DNA of 64,000 nucleotides from Diplonema japonicum (lineage: Eukaryota; Protista; Euglenozoa: Diplonemea), in assembly GCA_964019335.1 (NCBI GenBank), contig OZ025648.1, positions 62,001 through 126,000 of the forward strand, written 5' to 3'. The first letter of the stretch is position 1. Each line of letters begins with the position of its first letter. The notes under the pieces are model-generated. The model was not told where the DNA came from. It saw nothing but the letters and a program-made list of their open reading frames with translations, and ran no database searches. Below, piece by piece: positions 49,984 to 60,713 of the stretch. The translations under genes were made by a program, and so were the position numbers.

Positions 49984-50877
49984 TTAGTAAAGACCCAAGC
50001 GGGTGGAAGTGAGGGGGGCTGCCTTGTTGGTTCGCTTCTGGTCGAGCATCTCCGCACGGCGTATGTTCCATTTGTTTTTGGTTTTCACGAGCTTGTTAGC
50101 ACGGTTCGTTGAGATGTTCATAGGGCTCAGCTCGTGGGGGGCAGGGCGGAACTCCTCTGGCATGTTGGGGTTGTGGCGCATCGACTCACTCTTGGCGATT
50201 GTGGCTTCCGCCACACGAACCCTCGTGTTCTCGATGTTTGCAGGCCGCTCTATGAAGGATCGGTTGTCCGCCACCTGTTGCGTGGGGAATGACACACGCC
50301 TTTCTGAACTATCTGCGTCCAGCATCTCCATCCATCGCGAAGCGTCTAACTCGTCTGTCCCGAGTAGAGCCTGCTTTATGGTGTTGGGGACCTTCTGGCC
50401 TGGGAGATATCGCATTTGAACTATTTCATCATCACCCTTCATCGGGGCATAGACGGCTTCTTTTCTAGATGAGCGTGTGCCAAATTTCGACCAGTTGACG
50501 TCCCCTGGTGTCCACCGTTCGTTCCTCTCTGTGTACCCCTCCAGCTTCCGCATCTTTCGCTCTGCTTCAGACATTTTCTTATACCTCTGATGCCGCATTT
50601 CCCTGCTATGCGGCGACACAAGCTCCCTGAAGGTCTGTCCCTTCCCTTTCTGCTGCACTTGGTATTGCGGCATGTTGTTCTCTCGCTCAGCATGCTTGTG
50701 CCTTGCAATCAACCCTGTGTTCCGGTCGGCTTCCTCTGAATTGAACTCCGGATTCAAACCCGCTCCTTTATTGTATTTCATCATCGCCGAAGGGTTGTAC
50801 TTCCGATGGAACAGCTTCTTTCCATACCCGTGGCCGAACCTCTTCTGGCAGCTCAGCACGTTCGCCACTATGTTCAT
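49984..50877 (-). CDS. Hypothetical basic protein, possibly mitochondrial
   Basis: ATG 50877 after a CAG acceptor; N-terminus MNIVANVLSCQKRF lacks acidic residues; K/R-rich. Localisation is only an inference. Confidence 0.7.
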   Translation of the reverse strand: MNIVANVLSCQKRFGHGYGKKLFHRKYNPSAMMKYNKGAGLNPEFNSEEADRNTGLIARHKHAERENNMPQYQVQQKGKGQTFRELVSPHSREMRHQRYKKMSEAERKMRKLEGYTERNERWTPGDVNWSKFGTRSSRKEAVYAPMKGDDEIVQMRYLPGQKVPNTIKQALLGTDELDASRWMEMLDADSSERRVSFPTQQVADNRSFIERPANIENTRVRVAEATIAKSESMRHNPNMPEEFRPAPHELSPMNISTNRANKLVKTKNKWNIRRAEMLDQKRTNKAAPLTSTRLGLY

Positions 50878-51138
50878 GGTGATAGGGTGCCTGGTGGATA
50901 AGAGGTGGGGGTAAAGGGTAGAATAAAATAATAAAAAAACTGGGTACAAAAAAAAAAGGGGTATGCATTACAATAGGTGGTACAAAATAAACATTTAATT
51001 CTTAAAAAACAAAGGCGTCCACACAAACTGCTTCTTTATTCTTCCCGGTGGATGCAAATTATTATCGCTAGCTCACTAGCTTAATTGCGATGGAGACAGA
51101 CTTTACATATCCCACAACAGTGCTGACTTATTTTCTCT

Positions 51139-52203
51139 TCAAACACTCGGCGCGTGCCGCTCCCTGTTGTCAATGGTGAACATAAGCTGCTGCAGTGTGT
51201 TCGTGAGGGACCGCATCTGGAGCTTGTTCTGCTGCTTGAGGTTGGCCAAGAGAGGGTCCTTGCCAGAGCGCTTTTTGGGCGGCTTGACACCTACCTCCAT
51301 GACGGGGATGGGAAGGACCTGGTGGGTGGCAGCTGCTTCGTCTAACCGCTGCTCTGCCTCGTTTACCAAGACTGCAACCTGCGCCTTCAGGTCTTGGTTA
51401 TCCCTCCGCAGGGTCCTGATGAGCAGCTCCCTCTCCCCTGCTGTGTCACGCTCATCCTCCAGCGACTTCAAGGCCTGTGTCCGCTCTCGTTTTAGGAACC
51501 TTCCTTCCTGCTCGGAGTTCAGTGCAACCTTCTCTTGGCTTTTCATGTCGAATTCTACTTGTTTCAGGGCTTTCTGCAGATCGGCTACTTCTTCGGTTAA
51601 TTCCACGATTCTCTCGTCCTTTCTGCCGTGCTTGTTGGACGTCCTTGCCAAGATGTTCTTAAGCCGTGTGCACTCTGCTGTCACGATCTCGTTGCAGCGC
51701 AACTGTGCCTCCGCCTGTCTCTTGTGCAGGTCACGTTCAGTTACTTTCTTCTCGAGGTCCTCCTCTGCAGTGCACCGGGACGCTTGTGCCTCGGTAAGCT
51801 GCTGCTTCAATGAAGCCACTGCCTCGCTTTGTTGTCTAAGCTGCGTGAGGAGGTCCGACCTCTCCATTTGGTAGTCGGATAAGGTTCCGAGTTTTTCGTG
51901 AGCTGCAATACACTTGTCCTTCAGAGCTACCTGTTGGTGCTGCTGGTATGTCTTCTCTTTGCATAGCTCGGTGTTCTGCTCCTGAAGCACCTCCACGAGG
52001 TTTTCCAATCTCTGTACCTCCTGCCTCAGGTGTAAGTTCTGCTCCTCTACTGTGTTCAGTGCATTCGAAGTTGCAGCGTGCACTTCGCACACAGCTTGAA
52101 GCTGCTCAGTCATACGCTTGTGCTCTTCAAGTTCTACCTTTCCCTTTTCCTCCACAATGACCCTTGTGGGGTACTTGCTCCAGCCGTTGTTGGGGTCTGC
52201 CAT
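51139..52203 (-). CDS. Coiled-coil protein
   Basis: ~354-codon ORF, E/Q/K/L-rich heptad pattern. Confidence 0.78.
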   Translation of the reverse strand: MADPNNGWSKYPTRVIVEEKGKVELEEHKRMTEQLQAVCEVHAATSNALNTVEEQNLHLRQEVQRLENLVEVLQEQNTELCKEKTYQQHQQVALKDKCIAAHEKLGTLSDYQMERSDLLTQLRQQSEAVASLKQQLTEAQASRCTAEEDLEKKVTERDLHKRQAEAQLRCNEIVTAECTRLKNILARTSNKHGRKDERIVELTEEVADLQKALKQVEFDMKSQEKVALNSEQEGRFLKRERTQALKSLEDERDTAGERELLIRTLRRDNQDLKAQVAVLVNEAEQRLDEAAATHQVLPIPVMEVGVKPPKKRSGKDPLLANLKQQNKLQMRSLTNTLQQLMFTIDNRERHAPSV

Positions 52204-52487
52204 TTGTTTCAACAAGGTTTCTTTCCGGCAGGGAAACCGAAAACTGTGGAATTGACTTTGTCTTTGCGGGAGAAATAAAATAACAAGAGGGACAAAAAAA
52301 AAAAAAAAAAACTAAAGTAAAATTGGCAGCGAGCATTTGACAGTAAACAAAGCGAGCCGGAAAAAAAGATGAAACAGGAGGACAAGAAAAGTGGGTAGTG
52401 ACGAGAGGACATCGTCATGCAACAAGCTAAGGGGCGTAGTGAGAGTAGAGGAGGGTGGGGCTCTTTAACAAGCTTAATAAAGAAACA

Positions 52488-52518
<31 letters not shown>

Positions 52519-53370
52519 GTTTCTTCCTCCCTAATTATCTCACGGATTAAAAAAAAAAAAAACACATTAAAGTGGCTATTGTCCCCCTCCCTCCTACTCT
52601 GCCCATTCTGGAAAGAAAAAGAAATTACGCACAACACCCATGGGATCCTTCTTTATTTATTTTCTTCGTTTTTTTTTTTTCTTCTTCTTTTTTTCTGTGC
52701 TAACAACAGGGGGAGGAACGAGACAAAGAAAATACAAAAAAGATAAAAAGAAATGAAGAAGAAAAGGATACACAGAGCACAAGGGAGGAGGGAAGGGAAA
52801 AGAAAAACTAATTTTTAAACCTTCTAAACTTTGAAAACTGAACAGAAAAAAAAGGGGGGGCATTTCTTTTAAGGGGTTCCTCATTTCTTAATCTCTTCTT
52901 TTTACCTTTTCTTTTTTCTTTTTTTTTTCCGTTAGAATCAAAAGGGGGCGGGATCTTGTTGATGATGATGCAAGAAAATCTCAAAGTGACTTCTTGTTCA
53001 CTTTCCCTGCATCTCTCCCCCCCCCCCCCCTTCTTTTCCCTCCAAGAACGAAGCGCCCAAAAAAGAAAGGGGGGGGGGTAAAGCAACATAGTAAAGACAT
53101 AAAAGAATAAGGAGAGATATCCCCAGAGAGACACGGGATCTCAAATATAGTTTTCAACAAAAAAAACCCTCCCCCTCCCCCCTCAGAAATAAAGAACAAA
53201 TATATAATATAAAACGCATTTAATTGATTGACCAGGTTAGGGAACAGCCAAATTGGGGGGTGGCCTTCACCTTTTTCCTTTTTTTTTTTAAAGTGGGGGT
53301 GTGAACGATGGGTCGTTAGTGGTCTTTTTATTCAAAAGATCCTCTTTTTGCTTTTTTTTTTTAGACACAG

Positions 53371-56300
53371 CTACAGAGGCGACATGGCAGAGCCGTGCTT
53401 CCAAGAAAACTTCATGAACGCATAATAGCATTCCCGTTCGACCTTCTCACGAGAGGTGGCGAAGGTAGTCCAAAATTTAGCTTGTTTTAGAAACCATCGC
53501 CTGTCGGCATGATAAGTGTGTGTGATCAGCAAGCGGGACGACATCTCACTAAGGTAGTGGCTGAAGACGTCCTCTTCCTCTGTAATCTGAGACCGGATGA
53601 CGGTAGCAGAGCGACACATTGACCGTGCCATGGATTGGTAGATGAGCTCCCGCTCCTCCCATTCCCACACCTCTTTGTCGTGTCTGATTCGCTTCTCTCT
53701 TTTGCTGACCTCGTTCCTGAGTTCTTGCTTTAGTTCGGTCTTCTTGCAGCATAGCCAGTTGTATCTGGTGTCTTCCGTGGTCTGCCTCTCACTTTTCTCG
53801 TTGTCACGAATTACCCACCGTGCCACCCACACCCTCCTCACGCAGAAGCCTCTTCGTATTGCTTGTATCTTCGTCGCTGCCCTGTCCAGCTTCACTTCTG
53901 CGCCTGAGTACGGCATTCTCCGTAAGGAGAAGGGCATCAGCATGTGCCCCAAATCCCCTGCCCTCATGTATTTATCGATCTTGTTGTAATGCCATTCGCT
54001 GCCGTGTAGAGTCACTGCGCAGTGGTCCCAAGCGTCGACCATGGTCTGCCCGCCAAGGGGGCGGGTGCTGATTTGCTTTTCTTCCCTCACGCTCTTCCTC
54101 CTTTTGATGTGAGGGTTCAAGGCAGGCATGGATGGCGAGTCAAACGCCAACGACGACACCACCGCGTCCTGCTCCAACGCCCGCCCCGCCGGGGTGAGCG
54201 ATGCGATCTTCTCTGGCGGCAGCTGTGCAGTGGCATGGTGTGTTGTTATGTTGCATACTATTGAAGAACGCCGCCTGGGCCTATCGAAGATGCTGGTCCG
54301 TCTGTTTTCCTCCCCGAAAAACAGAAGCGGTGAGGGTGTGAAATTGTCAGGGTCCGCCACGAAGTTCACACTCCCCACCCGTTTGCGCACCGGTTGGAGC
54401 ACAGGTGACGGGGGTTCGGGGGTGTGGATCAGGAGTTGCTCGAAATTCTGCGAAACAAGAGTTTTAAAAAAAAGAACGTGCGACACACCTTGTTCTCAGA
54501 CAGCCTCTTCGAGTGCACCTGAAGCATGGCACAGCCACCTTTAAGAAAGAAGGACGCGTCGACACTCTGGTCGCATGCCTCCCGCAGTTCATCGATGATG
54601 GGGCCCAGCGAGAGTTGTTGTTCTCTCTTGTTCAGCATGACCTGCTCAGGGCTGCTCTTCATGCTGATGATGGTTGTGTTGTACATGTACACCTGCCGAA
54701 CGAGGAGGCTGATTGATATTCTGGACGTTCTGCGAGCGCGTAGGTTCATTGGCGATGCGACAGAGGCCTTCCTGCTGATGAGCTTTGTAATGGTGCTGGC
54801 CACAGTCTGCCCGAAGGCAGCGTCGGTGGCGTCGTACTTCAATCGCGGCACGAAGCACCCGATCACGATCTTGTTCGGCCTGCTCTTCGACGACTCGTTG
54901 AGGTCTTTGATCTCCTTTTTGTCGTATGCCACTTCATGTCGCTCGATGAGCACCACATCACCGCCGTTCAGGCTGCTGGCACTCGTAGTGATGTGCTCGT
55001 AACCACGCTTCTTGAGCTTCCTGTCCAGGTACACGTTGAAGGTGTTTGTCGTGACACGGAACTCCCTTGTGGCGTGCCCCAAGAGCGCTTTCCGGAAGTA
55101 GTAAGACGCAAGGAAATTGTATCGTGCAGGACAGTGACACGTGAAGGACCCTCCGATGCTGCTCCTGCCGCCGACATAGATGTAACCATGCACAGGGCCT
55201 GAGGTGTCGAGATGCTGTGGTGCCCTACGCAGCTTGCCGTAACAGGACACCGTGTCGCACATGATGACGGGAAGCGGGATCTCCTCCCCTTCGTGCTCCA
55301 TGAATTCCATCAGTTGCGACATGCGTATGAACCCAGGCCTCTCTGCGTCCTGCCGGCCAACGTCGAACTCCTTCGTTAACAAGTGCAGCTCCGGCTTGTT
55401 TATTCCCGACGGCCCCCTGTACATGGAGTCCACAAGAGATGTGCTGATATGCCCCAACCCAATAAACACCAGCAAGCAGATATCTTGCTTGTTCTTACAG
55501 TTCTCTCGTGCCTCGCGTACCGCTGCTAGTATGTTGGGCTTCGTGGGGCGCTGTGAATCAGGCCCATCGTGCAGCTCCGTGACTGTGTACCCTGCGCTCT
55601 TCAGGATCATGGCCAGCAGCATTGCATCACCAGCTGCCTGGTGGCAGGGCAGCAGCCGTGCGTCATCGTACATACTGATGCCCACCACCACAGCATGCAG
55701 CACGCCCCGTCTAGCCCTGAGCCCCTCGTTGCCGGGCCTCGACAACGGTGCGTGGAAGGGCGCACTTGGAGCCAGGTTAGCGTCGGACCTCCGCAGCTTG
55801 GGGACATTTGTCACGGGAGCCGCCCTGAACGCCTGCAGAGTTGATGTCAAGACACGCAGCTTCCCAAGCTTCTTCTTGAAGAGGCTGGTTCTAAACCTCT
55901 TTATCCTACTAGACATCAAGGGGTCGTCGGCAGGCGTGCCGACCGACTTCAAGCTGAGCTGCGAGTTGCTCAGAGTATGGCTCAGCGTCAGTGAGCCGTC
56001 GTTGAGGCTATTCTCTATTCCTGCGGCTGGTGAATTAGGCCCGACGTACTCTTGCAAGTGCTCGGCACCGGGATCATCTGCATTGACAACCATGGGGGAG
56101 AGGCTGGTGTTGTCCACACTACTTCGAGCGAATGCGCTGGCGGGGCTAGAACTACTAGAACTCCTGGGGCTTTTCAAAATCCTGAGAGACGTGGGAGCTG
56201 AGACACGTCTCCGTTCGTGCATGGGGGTCTGTATGGGGGTCTTGCTGCCTGTGCTCACCGGGGTGTCAAGCACAGTACCTGTACCAGAGCGTGACAACGA

Positions 56301-57836
56301 GATGGCATCGCCTGTCACCAGACTCTGCTCCTTCAGATCGTGGCCGATTACGACGACGGAGGGCGTTGCCAGGGAGGACTCTTTCATTGAGCGGGAAACC
56401 GAAGGGCGCGTGGCTACTGACTGACCTTCACAGTTGGTCCCGTCCGCCAACGGCGCAGGCAAGCTCGCCGTCTCTTCTCCTTTTGGGGACACCATGGGCT
56501 CCTTCGGTACATCATCTGCAGTCCTTGCTGACAAGGCGGGCAGCGTGGACGACGGCGAAGCAGGCTGCGAGGTGCCCGTTGTGCTTGTCTCAGACGCTGA
56601 CAGAGATGGTATCAGGAGAGACTTCGCCCCGTGCATCTCTGTAGTCTTGGGTGTGTCCACTGGTGTCCATGCTCCGGGAATAACTGAGGCAACAGACCCT
56701 GCAACTGAGTTTATCTTCGGCTTTGAGAACTTCTTGCTGAACTCTGACTGCGGTGCTACCTTGACAGCATTAGGCACAAGAGGCACCTCACACGGCACGG
56801 CAGGCAGCTCGGCAGAGGACGGCCGCGTCCAGCTCTTCGGCATGGTGCCCGGCATGATTCTTGTGTGGTGGAAGTATTGCTCAGGTTGGAAGTCGATGCC
56901 TACATTGCGACCTTCCTCCTCTTGCTTGCCCTCTGCAAGCATGTTCATCTGCTGCATGGCTTTGATGGTGGGAGCAGAGGCGGGGCGATTAATCTTAAGC
57001 GGGATCACCTCACGTTCTTCAGGTGGCACGACAGACTGGCCGAGGACGACCTCTACGAAGTGCGGCTGCTGTTGGGTGCTTTGCGACATGATGTTTGCAG
57101 GCTTCGGGGAGATAGGGGGCCTTGTATCGGTGGGGCTGGAAGGCAGCGGCGGGGTGGGAGAAGATCCGTCGGCGGGGGAGAACAGAATGTGACCCTCACC
57201 CTTGTGCTTGCGGAGGAGGTACTTGGCAGCCCCCGGTGTGGGTGACGTACACATGTCGCGTGTCTGCGACGCCTGCGCCACAAGGGGCGTGCGCACGATA
57301 GGGGGCTTGCCGGTAGCTGTGGATGCTTGCGCAGCACGGGACTGCAACCGGTTATGAGCTGCCTTCGCTTTCGAGAAAGGATCTTGCACCGCGGGTTTAA
57401 GCTTTGTCGTTGGGAAGAGCTGGGAGACAGCACGCTGCGCGGAAGGGTTGTTCCTACGTGTTGAGATGATGTCCTCTATGGACCGGCCCTCCCCCCGTAC
57501 AGGGTCTACGGCAGGCCAGTCTTCTTCCCGAATGGGGAGGCCAAGCTGTGCCTTGCGGACATCGACTGACGGGAGGCCTGCAAGGAGCTCAGCTTCGTGA
57601 TGGATGCCTGCTGCCTTCCGTGCAGGGCACCCTTCGCTTGCGTCCATGCCTGCAGCCGTGAAGTGCTCGCCAAATGCTTTGGGAACACTTGTATCCCTCC
57701 GGCTGTACGCCTTCGGGTTCGCCATACATACAGGTAGGTCAGGGTAGCACTTGCGCAGCTTTCTTTTTATTGACGTTTTCGTGAGATCTTCCCACCATTC
57801 CTCATCACTGTCTCCTCCGGCATCACGCCCCCCCAT
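53371..57836 (-). CDS. Large protein with disordered S/P-rich N-terminus, caspase-like (C14-fold) domain lacking the catalytic dyad, and IQ motif, ~1474 aa
   Basis: Exons 54489-57836 and 53371-54447 joined by the 41-nt intron 54448-54488 (GTGTGT..CAG). AVVVGISMY..L..A.GDA..LA..L..GY.V..L.D..PTK.NI pattern; IQ motif AATKIQAIRRGFCVRR. Confidence 0.78.
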
Positions 57837-59175
57837 GCCTGTGGGGGAGAATGTTGAGTTTGGGTAGAAAAGTGAGAAAGAAAAAGGCTAGATGGTGACA
57901 ATGTGATATAAAAAAAAAAAGAAAAAAAGAGGAAAATAAAGAAGAAAGAAGAAAAACGAATAAAGAAAGCGGGGGAAGCTTCAAGACAAAGGGCCTGTGC
58001 ACAGGGCACCTTCAGACGAGGGATGCTAAACATCTCGTATACTTCAAATTGTTCCTTTTTCTTTTTTTTTTTTCTCCCCCATTTCCCGACCAGCTTGGTA
58101 GTGTTTAACCGTAGGGGGTCAAAAGAAAAAGGGGAAGGCGACGGTGAACGAGGGGGAAAAAAAAAGAAAAAAAGAAATCAGGCGGTTTTTTTTTTTTTTC
58201 AAAGAGATACGGAATAAAAGTTTCTTTTTTTTTTTTTTTTTTTTTTTTTTCTTTTCTTTTTTTTGCTTGAACGCTTCACACTCTTAAGTGATTCCATTCC
58301 GAGCACAATGTCAAAAGTTAATGCCTCAGATTTCATTTTTTTTGAGGAAAAACATCGTACGGAAACCATTCACAGTAACGAGAAAAAAAAAAAGAAAAAA
58401 AAACCGTCCCGAGTTCTACGGTAACCTGGATACTTGAAACCTTGTTAAAAAAAGTAGAAAGTTCAGAGGCACCGTAAATAGTGGTAAAAGAGGGGGCGAA
58501 AAAAAGTTATTTGGTTACTGTGAAATGATGGTTTTTCTCGTTCCTTTCTACTTGCTGAAGCACTGGCAGAGGGCCCTTTAACTAGCCTGGAACCCTTGAA
58601 GATACGAGTCGCTAAAAAAAAGAGAAAAAAAAAAAAAAAGAAAGAAAAGAGAAAAAGGGTGAAGATAGGAAAAAAGAAGAACATTAAAAGTAAAATACAT
58701 AACAATAGAAAAAAAAGTGGCAGAATCAGCTTTAAAGAATTATTGGGCGTGCCATGCCCAACATAAGCCCCCCCCCCCCCCCCCCCCCCCCAATGGTGCC
58801 GGTAAAGCAAACGGTTCAAGTGAAGTACCACATGCTGCTGTAAGGTGAAGAATGTGTCGACAAAAACTGGACATTTGTCAGCCTTTTTTCTTTTTTTTCT
58901 TCCCCTATTATTACAGCATTATGTGCTTCTCCATTTCTTCCTGTTTTTTTTTTTTCTTTTTTTCTTTTTTTTTTTTAAAAAAAAAATACTTATTTTGAAT
59001 CTGATTGGGCGGTGGGAATCTACACGGACAAAGGGTTCAAAAAAAAAAAAGATGAGTTGCTTCATTAAAAGCGGAAACATATGAGGGGGGAGGGAAAAAA
59101 AAAACACTCTCTTTTTCGTCATCTTCTATCTTTTCTTTTTTTTTTTTTTTTTTTTTTTTTTTTCTCTCGTTGTCC

Positions 59176-59811
59176 CTACATCAATTTAAGTAACTCGGAG
59201 TAAGAGGGAGTGGGTGAAACTCCCTCGGCGTTGTGAAGCGAGGGGTGCTTCAAGGGTAGGGGCTTGGTAGGCACAGACGGTGGGCCGTGGAGCTGTATCA
59301 ACCGGGCGACAAAGGATGTTACCATAGTTTCTACTACTTGCGATAAAACTAGGCCGGAGAGCTGCTGGTGGATGGGGTTGTGGAATTTGAACATGACTTC
59401 AAAATTAACATCAGTTGTCTTGGGTGTAATGGGCGTGAATTCCCAGTGGCAGTTTAGGTACTCAAGAAGAACCTGTGATTTCCCATTCCCTGCAAGCCGT
59501 GCAGTAATTCTTTCATGGGGATGGAGAGAAACCGTTGATGAGTATTTTTGGGAAAACATTGAAAATCCGGCCTCAAGCTCCGCTTTCATCCTGCCCCCCT
59601 CACGTGCTACCACCTTGCTATCGACGCACCACGGAAGGAATTTCTTATACTCATCGACGTTTTCCACCACGTTGTACACCTCTTCCGTGTTCCAGCCTAG
59701 GACACAGTGCTCGCAGTACCCCACAGCGCCCTCGGGGACCTTGAGTATCTTTGTTGAATGTAATCTGTTCTGATACCCCATCCCTGAGCGAAGTAGGATT
59801 CGGGTTCGCAT
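59176..59811 (-). CDS. COQ10: Coenzyme Q-binding protein COQ10 (START/polyketide cyclase fold)
   Basis: ATG 59811 with presequence-like MRTRILLRSG; VYNVVENVDEYKKFLPWC..S, AELEAGF..YSSTV, L.C.WEF, VNFEV.F.F. The upstream in-frame low-complexity part of the ORF is treated as UTR. Confidence 0.9.
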   Translation of the reverse strand: MRTRILLRSGMGYQNRLHSTKILKVPEGAVGYCEHCVLGWNTEEVYNVVENVDEYKKFLPWCVDSKVVAREGGRMKAELEAGFSMFSQKYSSTVSLHPHERITARLAGNGKSQVLLEYLNCHWEFTPITPKTTDVNFEVMFKFHNPIHQQLSGLVLSQVVETMVTSFVARLIQLHGPPSVPTKPLPLKHPSLHNAEGVSPTPSYSELLKLM

Positions 59812-60713
59812 TTTTTTTTTTTTTTTTTTTTTTCCCCCTCTTCGTAACCCTCCTCCACCTTCTTTTGAAGAGAAAAAAAAGTTTGACCAACGAAAAAAAA
59901 AGGGAATGGGAGGGGGGGGATAAAACAGGTTGAGGGGGACAAAAAAAAGGGGGGGAGGGGGCAAAAGACAATGTGAGTGAGTAAATCTTGGGAATAGGGG
60001 AAGGATATAACTATATTGGAGGGGGGGGGGGGGGGGGGGGGAGAACAGAAGAGAAAAATAAAAGAAAAAAAAACTCAAAAGAAAAAGAGAACCTTTGCAA
60101 AGCCAAGTTGTAAATATAAAAAATGGGGTGGGGTACTGTAGTAAGTAAAAGGGAAAGAGAAGGTATATCTGTCCCTTAAAAAAAAAAACAAAACAAAAAA
60201 CTATCCCAAGCCGCGTAAATCCTTTTGTTTTCTTCTTGTTTTCCTTCCTATCGATTTTTTCAATTGTTCTTTTTTTTTCTTTTTCTTTCTCTCGTTTGGA
60301 CAAGACTTCTATTTTCTTTTTCTTTTATCTCGGAAAAATCTTTTAAAAACTTTCTTTTTTTTTTTGCCCCCCCACTCTTTTCCCCTTGTTTTTCAAGAAA
60401 GGCGCCCCTAGCTAAAGAATCCTTTTTTCTTTTTCTTTCATTTTTTTCGTTTCTATTTCTTTCTTTTTTCATACAAAAAAAAAAACACACAACACAAAAA
60501 AAAAAAACCTCCCCAAGGGGGAATATAAAAAAATACTGCGAAACAAAAAAAATCCAAAGGAAAGACCCAGGGCAGAGTAAGATTTTCTTTTTCTTTTCTT
60601 TTTCTTTTACCCCCCCCCCACCCAAGCTAATCCTAAACAGAAAGAAGACACACTATGGGGGAAAAAAAAGGGGGGAAAAAAAAAACAACTCCACGCGGAT
60701 TCCGTCCCTACCT

